Shown here piece by piece: positions 1 through 12,552 of a stretch of 64,000 bases of DNA (its first letter is position 1; the number at the start of each line of letters is the position of its first letter). The DNA is from Octopus sinensis (Eukaryota): contig NC_043001.1 in assembly GCF_006345805.1 (NCBI RefSeq), positions 82,150,001-82,214,000 on the forward strand. The letters are read 5' to 3'. The position numbers and the translations under genes are program-made. The notes below the pieces were generated by a model. It made no database searches and was not told the origin of the DNA. It was given only the letters and a program-made list of their open reading frames with translations.

Positions 1-432
1 CATCATTTTCCTTCTTATCCCTCTCATCCCCTCATAACTATATTTGCTCTCTTCTTAACTGTTTACAAACTCATAAATCCCATCCATGGAAATCTTCCAT
101 GTATTAGCAATTCACTTTTCTATCGCTTCCCTCGGAAATCAATTCACAGCGAAAGGAACTGAGGGAGAGGTTTGATTTACTTACTACGAAGCTGTTTAAA
201 CAAACCATATCGCTCAACTTCTTCATCACATCGTAGCCTTGATGGAAGATCAACATTTTCACTTGCACATCTTAAGTGTCTTAACATAATATCTATTTAT
301 TTATCAACCTCTCTGTTTATCTTTTGACACACACACGCACACAAGCATACATAAACACACATAACTTCCTAAGACGTGTGTATATATGCCTGCGCGTATT
401 TTTGTGGATATGTAACATGAAAAAAAAAATCA

Positions 433-673
433 GAAGTCCTTCCCGAGCCATAAGCTCAAAGGGTTGGTTTCATGGAATCTGTGCCGTATATATTCTCCTT
501 CGGGGCGGGATGCCTGTCTGTCGCGCGATTATTGATTTTTGCCGGCTGAGTAGACCGGAGCAACTTGAAATGAAGTGCTCGAGCACACAACGAATCACCT
601 GATTCAGGAATCAAAACCACAATCTTACGACCACAACTACAACAATTTTAATCACTATGCCACACGCCTCCAC
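433..673 (-). mobile_element. tRNA-derived SINE, family A (degenerate)
   Basis: Minus strand reads GTGGAGGCGTGTGGCATAGTG (A box) ... TTTTGATTCC (B-box-like), then CTTCATTTCAAGTTGCTCCGGTCTACTCAGC, shared with copies at 780, 2386 and 33087. Confidence 0.8.
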
Positions 674-687
674 ATATATATATATCG

Positions 688-762
<75 letters not shown>
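674..762. repeat. (TA)n microsatellite
   Basis: Direct reading. Confidence 0.95.
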
Positions 763-765
<3 letters not shown>

Positions 766-779
766 AAAGAGAAAGATCA

Positions 780-1030
780 AAGGTCCTTCCCGAGCCAGAG
801 GATCATAAGTCCGGTTTCCTGGATTCAGTGGTGTATATGTTTCTCCACTTGCAAGGAACACCGATCCGCCGCGTGATTACGTACTTTTGCCATCTGAGTG
901 GACCGGAATAACATGAAATGAAGTGTATCGCTCAAGAACACAGCGCATCACCCGGTCCGGTCTTGGAATCGAAATCGTTATCTTACGATCATGTGTGCAG
1001 CACCCTAACCACTAAACCACGTGCCTTCAC
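780..1030 (-). mobile_element. tRNA-derived SINE, family A
   Basis: Minus strand: GGTTTAGTGGTTAGGGTG ... TTTCGATTCC ... TGTGTTCTTGAGC ... CTTCATTTCATGTTATTCCGGTCCACTCAG. Confidence 0.85.
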
Positions 1031-1071
1031 GGATGTGTAGCATAAATCCATTCTGCTAAAAGTGTATAGTC

Positions 1072-1072
<1 letters not shown>

Positions 1073-1161
<89 letters not shown>

Positions 1162-1177
1162 CACACACACACACACT
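1073..1177. repeat. (CA)n microsatellite
   Basis: Direct reading. Confidence 0.95.
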
Positions 1178-1189
1178 TTTGGGAACAGT

Positions 1190-1830
1190 AAATTCCGAAG
1201 TAGATAAAGCTGCTGTAAATATTTGGTTGAATATATTTGGACAGAAAAAGTCGAAGACTAACTCGGACTTGCACCAACATCTGTTAATATGACAGGCGAC
1301 TTTTAGCCCAAAGAGTTTCTTTTAATTGCAAGGATATTTTGAACCAAAAGTTACACGTTACAGTTATAGCTTTATCAACTTCAAGATTCACTGTTCCAAA
1401 AGAGAATTATTTCATGTTCTCGAATTTTAAAAGATTTTTATCGTGCTATTTACATCTTGTCGTAAATTAAAAAAATAATAGATGACAATTCTGGAAGTAG
1501 AAGACATAAGAATATAACTTTTAGAGAAGCCATTTCTTGATATTGTGTAGAATTTTACACTATGTCAAGAATCAAATGCTTCAGAAAAATATGCAATTGC
1601 GTCTTACAATTTTCAAGATAATCGTGGTATTTCTAAAGGGTGCTGTTTGTATGTAATTATCTAAACACTGCTAATTATATCTGAAGGAATTCTTCACTAA
1701 ACTGCAATTCTTTCTTGCAGATCTCATAATTGGTTGATCAACTGAGATGTAAATGATTGTGCACTTTCTTTTATTTCGCTGAGTACTTTGAAGAAATGCT
1801 GTTTTGTAACGAATGTTCTGGTCAGTAACT
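1190..1830 (-). pseudogene. Possible highly decayed hAT transposase C-terminus
   Basis: Broken minus-strand frames include LRLFLSKYIQPNI and QHFFKVLSEIKE, loosely like hAT C-terminal motifs. Many stops and frameshifts; weak. Confidence 0.25.
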
Positions 1831-2385
1831 TTAACATTTTGATGATGTAGAATACTTCATTTTAGAGAAGGGAGGAGTTATAATCAATTGGATCGATATT
1901 GCTGTCTATTACTGATAATTATTTTATCGATCTCTGAGAGAAATAGAACCGATTTAGCTATGGTGTGAATTGAACACAACAGGAGAGACAGGTGCGTTAT
2001 AAGACTATAAAAAGAGTTTAGTCTTACTAGTTTATATTATGGCTTACATCTAGTTCCACTAGCAAAAATTAATAATGATGATCTCTTAGAAGATGAACTA
2101 TGATTGTGTGGCGTTCATGCCTTTCCCAAAGTTTTTAGTATTTTAAGTTAAATGAATGGTATGTAACCAAGGATCTAAAATCCATCACAAATTCTATTTT
2201 ACGTGGCGCACATCTCATATAAACAATTGACTTTGTACTTGATCACATACACACGCACACACACATACACTCACACACACACCTACAGACCCATATTAGC
2301 GAAATACTTCTACTTAACGATATAGTTATCTACCTTTATCTACAATACACCTCTACCCTATTTAAGTCTACTTACCTAGTTATAT

Positions 2386-2630
2386 GTGAAGGTGCATGGT
2401 CTAGTGGTTAAGGATGTCACGCTCACGATTGCAAGATAAGGGTTTCGATTTCCGAACCGGGCGATGCGTTGTATTCTATAGCAAAACTCTTCATTTTATT
2501 TTGCTCCAGTCTACTCAGCCGTAAATGAGTAACCCTGTAACGAAATGGCCCCACTTTCAGAGGAAATGTGATCTCGGTCACAAATACGACATGAAAACCG
2601 GGCAACCAGCATACTGAGCCTTAGAACTCG
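2386..2630 (+). mobile_element. tRNA-derived SINE, family A
   Basis: TGGTCTAGTGG (A box), GTTTCGATTTCC (B-box-like), TTGCTCCAGTCTACTCAGC central block. Confidence 0.8.
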
Positions 2631-3586
2631 ACTCGGTACTTACACTCCTAATTATACACCCCTACCTAGTAATATAAATACTTGTCAGATCCTATTTTAT
2701 TTTCACTGCTTTCGCGGATTCTCACGACTTTGTCGCCATCCGATTTCATAATTATGAATTTGATTTGGGAGCTTGAATCATAGTGAATCATTCATTAGCT
2801 GATTACATAACCATGGACGCCGCCGCTATGGATGCGTTGTAGTTACTCTCTTGATAGAGACTGGCGATCCTAACCGTTGATCTTCTAGGATTCCTCCGCT
2901 CAGCATTAATGTACGGTTGAGCACTTCCGTTTCTTCTTCACAATCTGCCATGATGCAGTCTCATGACTTCGTCGTATCGCTGACAGGGTGGCAGTTCCCA
3001 TTGCATATTCATTTATCTCTACGAATCTACATAAGTCTACTATAGCTAAACAACGATAGCTAGTGAACTAGACAGACAGACAGAGATGCAGACAGAGATA
3101 TATTTCAGTGAAAACTGTATCACGTCAACCCTTTCTAATGTTGTTACAATACAGAAGACATACTCGACATGGGGTAGCAGCTCACTGCTAGTTATTATAA
3201 AAAAAGCTGAGTCAATTTTATTTGATGCTAATATGAAACTTTTATCTGTTTGTGTTTAATGGCCTATATGCTATATTAAGTTTCTTTTATATAACAAGTA
3301 AGTCGATCGTTACACTTGAAAAACTAGAGTTTCATATTATTTTATATGTCGTTATTTATCGACAATGATTTCATTGTGGATTTCAAGGTTGAATTTCCTA
3401 CGTCAAAAGTAATAAACTCGTCATCCGCCTAAGGATACTATGGTGTCTCTCGATATGCTAATAATAGGAAATAAATGTCTCTCATATCACAATCTGCCGT
3501 TTTAAAAGAGATAAGGACTCACTGGATTATATGGTTTTAGATACATCAGGTATGAAAAATTATATATAAAAGTAGTACAAGATGAT

Positions 3587-3920
3587 AGGCGAAGGCGTGA
3601 CTGTGTGGTAAGAAGCTTACTTCCCAATCACATGGTTCCAGGTCCAGTCCCACTGCGTAGCACTTTGGGTAAGTATCTTTTACTAGCCTCTGGCCAACCA
3701 GAGATAGCTTTGTGAGTGGGTTTGGTAGACAAAAAAAAAAATGATGGAAACACGTCGTATATTTATATGTATGTGTGTGTGTCTGTGTGTTTGCTCTCCT
3801 CAAGCACTTGACAACAGGCGTTGGTTTGTTTGCGTCCCCGTAACTTAGCGGATCGGTAAAAGAGACCGATAGAATAAGTATCAAGTTTTAAAAAATAAGT
3901 AACTGGGGTTGGTGTCGACT
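3587..3920 (+). mobile_element. tRNA-derived SINE, family B
   Basis: GTGTGGTAAGAAGCTT ... CACATGGTTCC ... CAGTCCCACTGCGT head, internal (TG)n, CCCCGTAACTTAGCGG ... GACCGATAGAATAAGTA body. Confidence 0.85.
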
Positions 3921-4364
3921 GACACAGATAAAAGATGATTTCTGTTGGAACGTCCACCTATTTTTCCAAAGGTCTGTTCAAAAAGAACTGAACTAAATAA
4001 CGGCAACTCTACACGCATGGCCGTGTTGCAGCCGCCAGCAGGCAACTCTGTCCCAGATGAGCACGGATTGGCGATACCCACTGTCTCGCTTTCCTTCAGT
4101 GATTCTGCATTGCCGGTTACTTGGTTTGATTCTGATCTATTCATTAGTCGAGTCGATAATGAAGACTGACCTCCCTCTGCTTCCCTCTGGTCAGCGACAA
4201 AGTTATAGTCAACCTCTCCCCGATGGTCATGCTGAATATTTCAGGCTATAGCTTTTTGTCCCCCTTCGGTCAAGCCTTTATCAACAGCATATGCGACGCT
4301 TAAATTCTACGTATCCTAAGATCACGTCAATTGCAGAACTCTCTCAAAACTGCAGTGTTGTACC

Positions 4365-4368
<4 letters not shown>

Positions 4369-4454
<86 letters not shown>

Positions 4455-4527
4455 ACTGCTGGTGCTACTACGGCTGCTGCTACTACTGCTGCTGCTGCTG
4501 CTACTGCTGGTGCTACTACGGCTGCTG

Positions 4528-4589
<62 letters not shown>
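4369..4589. repeat. Compound (CTG)n/(CTA)n trinucleotide microsatellite
   Basis: Direct reading; a long CTG run followed by CTA. Confidence 0.95.
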
Positions 4590-4590
<1 letters not shown>

Positions 4591-4848
4591 AGTTTATTAA
4601 TCCGTTTCGTCCTCTACTGCTTTCACTGATCAGACTCGATACTTCTTATTTCAATATTAAAACAACCCAGAACACGTTGATAGGAAACACGCACCCAATC
4701 TGAGAGTTTAGAACATTTTTTTCTGTTTACCACACAAAAACAAGATACAATCCTCTAATTGTATTCTACTTAGCTTCATCAATACAAAGAACAGATTCAC
4801 GGTTGTAGTTATGTAGGGTGTATTTTATAAAGTACACATATGTTCCAA

Positions 4849-4880
<32 letters not shown>

Positions 4881-4969
4881 GTCATTTTCAAGTGACGAAT
4901 GGTTGAGTATCACCTTAATAATCCATTATAGAAATATTCTTTTCTGTTATAGGGACGAGATTTGAAATT

Positions 4970-5332
4970 TAGGGTGAGGGGCCAGTCGAATTGATCGAAC
5001 CCAGTATACAACTGATACTTAATTTATCAACCCCGAAAGGATGAAAGGCAAAGTTGACCTCGGCGGAATTTGAACCCAGAAAGTAGCTACGGGCAAAATA
5101 CCTATTTCCTTACTACCCACAAGGGGCTAAACGCAGAAAGGACAAACAAGGACAGACAAACGGATTAAGTCGATTATATCGACCCCAGTGCGTAACTGGT
5201 ACTTAATTTATCGACCCCGAAAGGATGAAAGTCAAAGTCGACCTCGGCGGAATTTGAACCCAGAAAGTAGCTACGGGCGAAATACCGCTAAGCATTTCGT
5301 CCAGCGTGCTAACGATTCTGCCAGCTCACCAC
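4970..5332 (-). mobile_element. tRNA-derived SINE, family C (full copy plus tandem partial copy)
   Basis: Minus strand GGTGAGCTGGCAGAATCGTTAG ... GGTTCAAATTCCGCCGAGGTCGACTTT ... CATCCTTTCGGGGTCGATAAATTAAGTACCAG, with the internal block present twice. Confidence 0.9.
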
Positions 5333-5445
5333 CTGATCCATTATAGAAATAATGAACATTTCAGGCACGAGAAACGGACAAGTGACAAGACTATATATGG
5401 TGCGAACAGTAAGGAATCTGAGAATAAATATCAACTTACCATCAT

Positions 5446-5825
5446 AGGCGCAGACGTGGCTTTGTGGTAAGAAGCTTGCTTGCCAAATCACATGGTTCCT
5501 TGTTCAATCCCACTCTGTTGTACCTTGCGCAAGTGTCTTCTGCTATAGCCTGGGGCATACCAAAACCTTGTGAGTTGATTTGGTAGACGGAAACTGAAAG
5601 AAGCTCGTCGAATATATATGTGTGGGTCTTTGGCTTGCGTGTCTCCCCGACCAGCACCGCCTGACAACCAGTGCTAATGAGTCTACGTCCCCATAAATGA
5701 ACAGTTCGGCAAAAGAGACCGATAGAATAAGTACCAGTATCTTTAAAAAATAAGTCCTGGAGTCGATAGATTCGATAAAATTTCTTCAAGGTGGTACCGC
5801 AGTCTGATGACTGAAACCAGTGCAA
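5446..5825 (+). mobile_element. SINE family B
   Basis: Same head and body as the 3587 copy. Confidence 0.9.
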
Positions 5826-6104
5826 AAAAAAAGCCAAAAAAAACAACAACAACAACAACAAAAAATGTTAAAGGGTTATTACAATATCCTATTTACTTAT
5901 TCTTAATACTTTCGGATTTGAATATCTGATCACATCTGCCTTACGACTTCAGATGATGTGTGTTCATAACACACACGATTCCCCAATGTGAGGAAACGTT
6001 GGCACCTCATGGCGTTTCAACACTATTGTGTCTCCTCGGTTAAAACTAAACCACCAGATCGATGAATATAACAAGAGTTTAGACTTGTTTTTCTGCAGAT
6101 ATTT

Positions 6105-6548
6105 CTATAGGTTCGGCTCGAGATCGTAAGGTCCTGAGTTCGATTTTCGGCGGTGCGTTGTGTCTTTATTTCAACTTGCTCCGGTCTACTCAGCTGGCAG
6201 AAATGAGTTGTACCTGTGTTTCGAAGGGTCGGTTTCGTCACACTCTGTGTCATGCTGAATCTCCTGTGGTTGAGAAGCAAGCTTCTTACCACACAGCCAA
6301 GCCTGCCCCAATAATGATAATTCTTTTATTCTTTTACTCCTTTTATTTGCTTCAGTTATTTGACTGCGGCCATGCTGGAGCACCGCTTTTAGTCGAGCAA
6401 ATCGACTCCAAGACTTTTTTGAAAGCCTAGTACTTATTCTATCGGTCTCCTTTGCCGAACTTCTAGGTTACGGGGACATAATCACGCCAGTATCGGTTGT
6501 CAAGCGATGTTGTGGGGGGGGGGACAAACACAGACACACAAACATATG

Positions 6549-6616
<68 letters not shown>

Positions 6617-6770
6617 CGATGGGCATCTTTCAGTTTCTATCTACGAAATCCACTCAAAAGGCCTGAGGCTATAGTAGAGGATACTTGCATAAGGTGTCAC
6701 ACAGTGGGACTGAACCCGGAACCATGTGATTGGTAAGCAAGCTATTTACCACACACCTACTCCTGCGGCT
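6105..6770. mobile_element. SINE cluster: A-type fragment (+, ~6108-6266), B head (-, ~6266-6310), full B copy (-, ~6330-6770)
   Basis: Diagnostic family motifs listed above. Confidence 0.8.
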
Positions 6771-6945
6771 ATGTTGATATTTATTCCCAAACTCTTTGCA
6801 GTTCGCACCATATAGAGTCTTGTCGCTTGTCCGTTCTTGGTGCCTTAAATGTTCAGTATTTCTGTAATGGGGTTGCTAAGGTGACACCCAACCATTTGTT
6901 ATTTGAAAAAGACACCCCCAACACACATGCACACACACACACACA

Positions 6946-7004
<59 letters not shown>

Positions 7005-7139
7005 ATCAAATGCTTTGATAATTTCAAGTACAACGACATTGTTTTTCACAGATTTTCAATAAAGAGTTTTTATTTGAATTCTATTTTAATTGTTGCAATG
7101 GATTAAGGAACTACTCATGGTCTTTGGAAGTCATAGAAG

Positions 7140-7790
7140 ACAGGTAAGAATGATATTTTTAATAGTCGTCCTGAATCATTGTAAGTCAATACCTACGATG
7201 AAGATATAATCGGAGGAGTTCTAGAATGTAGGCATTCTGCGAAGGAAGCACTGCGCAAACTGGCTTTTTGCGGGGGTTTGGATGAGGTGGACATAAAGTA
7301 GTGTTGAAAGAGAGACGATGAAAGACAATAAAGAAGAGCAGGTCCTTATTGAGGAAGGAGAGAGAGGGAGAAAGAGGGCAGTAGAGATACTCATTGTGGG
7401 GAACTCAAAGAAAATTGTTAACGATTGCTTCCATAATTTTTGAGATGTTGTAAATGTGAACCATAGATTGGGACTTGACAGCATCAGAGAGGTCACCATT
7501 TTTGGAGATGCGATACATGTGGCTTATTTTTAAAATTTAGAATGCTGAAGCGAAGCTAAGGTGGGAACGAAAGAAGCTCGGGCTGCAGCAGATAGCGCTT
7601 TTATAGGGACAGCACTTTCCGGTCTCCTGCATAAACCAGAGCAGATCTGGGGATCGGATGGGAGGGTAGGGGACAAGCACACTCTGCCTACGTTACTGTC
7701 AGAGTAGCTGAAATATGGTGAGAAACGTTGAAGAGGTTCGTAAAAATAAGAGTCAGATCTGGAGCACAAAATTTGAATGTAATGAAAAGG
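7140..7790 (-). pseudogene. Decayed L2/CR1-type LINE reverse-transcriptase fragment
   Basis: Minus frame RISKNGDLSD...ISKIMEAIVNNFL resembles the PIPKKGDRSDPSNYRPISLL...SKVMESIVN region of L2/CR1 RTs. Stops and frameshifts. Confidence 0.55.
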
Positions 7791-8325
7791 ATTTTGTCAG
7801 GGCCGAGCGAAAGTTAAGGTTAGAGTTATGATTAAAGTTGTCGGTTGAAAGTGGCTGGTGATGTTTTCAAACTTGGTAAATATGTGTTGGCAGTGGAAAA
7901 AAAAACTGATGGAACGGAGAAGGACGTTTTGGGGGAATTTCGTTGAATATGTATATTGCATGAAAAGAAAGCAGAACATGCGGGAGCTTCTTTTACAATA
8001 GTGTCACTCACAGAATCGTCTTAATTTGGAAATGGTTGGAAGGAGGTTCAGCAAAATTGATAGCGATTCTCTTGAAGAAGGATCAATATATAAATTGGAT
8101 GGCGGAAAAATGTGTAGGTTGTGTAACGTACGAAACCATTAGTGTATCCGTGTGTGTGAGTATATATATATGAATGCAAGATAATGGTAACACGGGACTC
8201 TAGTAGAAGACTCTTGCCGCGTAGTGGGAATGGTTTTGAACCTGAAACCATGTGGTTACCAAGCCAGCTTCTTAACCGCAAAGCTATACAGAATAAAAGA
8301 TATTGATTGAAAGTCCGTGTTTAAA

Positions 8326-8520
8326 CACACGCGCGCGCGCATGCACGCACGTGCGCACATGCACGCACGTGCGCACACACATTTACACACAAACACACAC
8401 ACATTTACACACACACACACACATACACACGCTTGCACGTGCGTGCACACATACTCTCTCTCTCTGTCTCACACACACTGACACACTCACGTACACACTC
8501 ACACACACGCATGCACACGT

Positions 8521-8563
<43 letters not shown>

Positions 8564-8601
8564 TTCTCTCCTTCTCTCTCACACTCTCTCTCTCACACAC
8601 A

Positions 8602-8635
<34 letters not shown>

Positions 8636-8710
8636 AAAACACACACACGACACACACTCTTCTCTCTTTCTCTCTCCTACACACACTTACTTTCTCTCAC
8701 ACACACACTC

Positions 8711-8743
<33 letters not shown>

Positions 8744-8745
8744 AA
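8326..8745. repeat. Compound (GC/GT/CA)n and (CT)n microsatellite
   Basis: Direct reading. Confidence 0.9.
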
Positions 8746-9835
8746 CAGAATCTGACATACATACGAGCAGTATGTTTTGTCACTGTAGATTCTTTCATAG
8801 AGAACGTTGTTTAAATATTGCAGATCTTTAGTTGACTAGACACAATGCTGTTTCTGTTGAACATGCTAAGCACAATAACAATAACAAGAACAACAAGAAC
8901 AACAACAACAACAACAATAGCATACAAAACGTATAATTATCCGTGGAAATATATGATTCATAAATGATAATCATTGTTGTCTATAAAGCTGGGGCTTTTT
9001 TAAACATCGCTTCCAATAATCTCGTTTTAGCAATGATCTCATCTAAAAGAAAGAAAAAAAAAGAAGCTGAAATAAAGGAATATAAAAGAGAAAAAAATAA
9101 TAAATCTAAACGTAAACAACGATAGAATAAGATCAGAAGTCAGGAACAAACAAGACTCTCTAATAAAAAGTTGTTGGTGACAGCGAGCTCATACGATATG
9201 ACAATCAGCGACTTGTTATGTTGACCTATTTTTCAGGTAGATTTTCACAGAAAACAACCGTGCTTGTTATACGATGGTTTATTACTTGTATATTCAGCAG
9301 GCGATGGTATGGTGGGGAAAAAAGGTTAGAAAGTTGTAGTATTGGTCTTTTGTAATCAGGATATATCTCTGGATGGCTTGATAACACCATTTGTATGGTA
9401 AAATTTTCGTTTTACTTGAGGCGTTTCTGCTCTACATATAAATTAAGCGTAATGAAACGATGCAATGGCGTCGATGATAAAGTAGCGACTTGTTAATGTA
9501 AGTCTCTCGTCGCTTCTGTATCTGACATTTTAAACCACTAAATAACTACGACAGTTCCTTCTCCGCTTGGAAATGCTTCTGCAACATAAGGATGCATGAA
9601 GTATTGATAACCTTCTTGTTTTACTTTCGCACGAAGACACAGATCCACATCTCGTGTTAACATGACGTATATATGCGCTAAAATGTGTATCTGTGTGTAT
9701 GTGTGTGAGGTACCTTTTTGCCGAAACGCTATTTTACGGGGATGTAAACAAACCAACCCCGATTGCCAAGTAGTGGTGGGAAACACACGCACGCACGCAT
9801 ACGACTGGAAGTATCATTTCAGTCACCTATTCAGT

Positions 9836-10282
9836 TTACTCTTTTACTTGTTTCAGTCTTTTGACTGCGGCCATGCTGGAGCACCACCTTTTTAGTCGAG
9901 CAAATCGACCCTAGGACTTATTCTTTGTAAGCCTAGTACTTATTCTATCGGACTCTTTTGCCGAACCGCTAAGTTACGGGGACGTAAACACACCAGCATC
10001 GGTTGTCAAGCGATGTTGGGGGGGGGGATAAACACAGACACACAAACACACACACACATATATATACATATACATATATACGACGGGCTTCTTTCAGTTT
10101 CCGTCTATCAAATCCACTCAGAAGACTGTGTGTGTATTGGGCTTCTTTCAATTTCCACTTACAACGCTTGGTCGGCCCGAGGCTATAGTAGAACACACAT
10201 GCCCAAGGTGCCACGCAGTGAGACTGAATCTGGAACCATGTGGTTGGTAAGCAAGCTACTTACCACACAGCCACTCCTGCGC
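9836..10282 (-). mobile_element. SINE family B, near full length
   Basis: Head GGCGCAGGAGTGGCTGTGTGGTAAGTAGCTTGCTTACCAACCACATGGTTCC; tail ends AAACAAGTAAAAGAGTAAA. Confidence 0.9.
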
Positions 10283-10426
10283 CAGTTATTTATTTACAGA
10301 GTAATTTAGTTAATTGAAAGTATCATTTCAGTCATCCATTCGGGTGTTTTATTTAACAAGTTTACAGGTTTACCCGTGATCTATCTCTGGCTCATTCGTT
10401 ACTTAAAAAGGAAATATACATACATC

Positions 10427-11401
10427 ATGCCTCACGTTTTTGACTGTATCCTCAGAAGGAAGAAACTCGTGGACGACATGAATTACATATATGAAGCACA
10501 TAAATAAAATGCCGATGGATCTAAGACTTGTTGGAAATGCGAAATTAGGTCCTGTAAAACTCGAGTCCACACCATGACACACGATGAAGATTATACCATA
10601 ATTAAGCACGATGGTGAACATCATCATAGTTTGTGTGCTTCAAAACCCAAAGTTCGTAGGTATCTACTCGTACATCAATTGCGACTGCTTGTGTAAGCTT
10701 GATGAAAATGAAATGGCTCACAAGCCCTCCTCTTCGTGTGTAAGTCTTAATATAAGGAACTGGCGCCAAGCAAAAGTAAGTGCACCTTTAATCTCTCAGA
10801 GTCGATTTGGTTATGAGATACCAGAGAAATACCAGTTCCTTGATAGTGACGAACTTCTTTTGCTGTTTGAGAGAGGTGAAACGGATGTACAGATTAATTG
10901 TGTTTGCAACTGATAAAGGGCTTGATGACTTCATGTATATAAAACACTCGGCAGGCGATGGAACTTTTAAGTGCTCCCCAACCGTACTTTATCAGCTGTA
11001 CACGCTTCAGATTAAAGTGGGTTCATTCTGTGTTCCGTAATTGTTCGCATTACTTCCAAACAAGAATCAAGAATCTTACACCTGCCATTTTAATAAGCTA
11101 AATGAATTACGTCAAGGACTGAGGCGTGAAAGCGTTATGATGGATTTTGAAAAGCTCTCATTAATAGTAATTTATCTGTGCTTCTTATGGCTTCTATTTC
11201 ATGTTGTCTTTTTCATCTATCTCAAAATGTGTACAGAAAAGTGAATTTGGTTTTAACGAAAGATACCATCATGATAATGAATTTAGCATTAAAATCAGAT
11301 GCTTTTCAGCGCTGGCTTTTCTTCATCTCGATGATATGGTTGATAGATTCGAAGATCTTTTAGATGACGAGGACCTTCCGCAAGAACTTGTGTCCTACTT
11401 T
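10427..11401 (+). pseudogene. FLYWCH-domain MULE (Mutator-like) transposase relic
   Basis: Frames give YIYEAHK*NADGSKTCWKCEIRSCKTRVHT...GEHHH (FLYWCH-like), then GDGTFKCSP, QLYTL, FALLPNK, VMMDFEK and CLFHLSQNVYRK (MULE DDE core and CxxH). Several stops and frameshifts; truncated at a (TG)n. Confidence 0.85.
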
Positions 11402-11762
11402 ATATACGTGCATACATACATATATTTGTGCATGTGTGTGTGTATGCGAGTGTGTGTATGTCTGAGTGTGCGTGTGCGTAGGTGTGTGTGCATGTGTATA
11501 GTGCCAGGTGGCGAAATATGAAGACGGGGTAAAAGTTAAACACGGAGTTGATATTAGTTTGACACCCAGGAAATAAGGAAAATAGTAGGAGACGTATTTA
11601 ATATTTCGAGTATTCACTCTTCTTCTGAAAAATAGGATAGAGATGGTGGGAAAAGCACGGAGAAAGAAAATTAAAGAAATAGAGACGAACGTCTATCCAA
11701 CCGTCACGACAAGTTGAAACGGCTGAAGTAGTAGAGAGGTTGCTTAAAGTGTGAGTGGTAAA

Positions 11763-11844
11763 TATACATACATACATACATACATACATACATACATACA
11801 TACATACATACATACATACATACATACATACATACATACATACA
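11763..11844. repeat. (TACA)n microsatellite
   Basis: Direct reading. Confidence 0.95.
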
Positions 11845-11846
11845 TG

Positions 11847-12052
11847 CGAGGGGGTGCTGAAATATTCCCAGCAGCTTTAAAGGTGTCACGAAAAGCTTGC
11901 ATGGAAGCCCAACCTTTCCAGTTCTTTTACAGGGTTAAAAAAACCCGGCAATAAGTGTGTGAATCTGAGAGGGGAATATGTTACATAAAAACATAATTGA
12001 TCCTCCTGCATTTTCTTTTACCCAAAGCCAGGAACTTTTCAGCACCCCCTCG
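11847..12052 (+). mobile_element. Internally deleted mariner (MITE, ~206 bp)
   Basis: TIRs CGAGGGGGTGCTGAAATATTCC / GGAACTTTTCAGCACCCCCTCG, flanked by TG (mutated TA) and TA. Interior keeps the transposase C-terminus KCVNLRGEYVT*. Confidence 0.85.
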
Positions 12053-12054
12053 TA

Positions 12055-12552
12055 CATATATGGTGGCTGCCCCCTCGTTATCGAGTATGGCCTTTGCACG
12101 AAGCTTAATCAATGTTGTTATCGTGCAATGCCTGTGCAAGAAGATTTTTTTAAAGTGAGGAAAGGCTGTGCACGGAGTCAGTCCCACTCACTAAGCAACA
12201 GCAGTCATAATCCGGAAAGAAGAACAAGTCAACATCATCGGTAACCACTGAGCCGCAGGTTTTATGTCGGAGTTATCCCAGTTACCTGAGTTACATTCTC
12301 CTAGAAGGATGCCCTAACAAAGGCTAGGAGTCCTTCACTCCCAATGGTTTAACCGCGCGATCGGGTATTCAATCCGATTATTTCTGTGTCCCCGCGCATG
12401 ATGCATCCTTAAGACATTTATTGGATGGCCGTTGACTCTAAAGTTCCTTTGACGGGTTTTTCATCCCGCAGGTCGTCCAATAAATATCTTCCTCAAGCTT
12501 GGTGGGGTTGCCGGTTTAGTCGCCGACGACCCGACCATGCAACAGGTTGTAC
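12055..12552 (-). mobile_element. Orphan RTE-type LINE 5' UTR fragment
   Basis: GC-richer non-coding block ending on the minus strand in ...CTTCGTGCAAAGGCCATACTCGATAACGAGGGGGCAGCCACCAT, a pattern I recognise just upstream of RTE ORFs. No ORF follows. Confidence 0.55.

Noticed and set aside
4291-4629. Poly-Leu, poly-Cys or antisense poly-Gln ORF
   Set aside because: Pure CTG/CTA repeat; the CAG frame is closed by TAG on both sides, with no credible splice sites.
8326-8390. Alternating purine-pyrimidine tract as a regulatory Z-DNA element
   Set aside because: Such tracts are everywhere in this window; nothing marks this one as functional.
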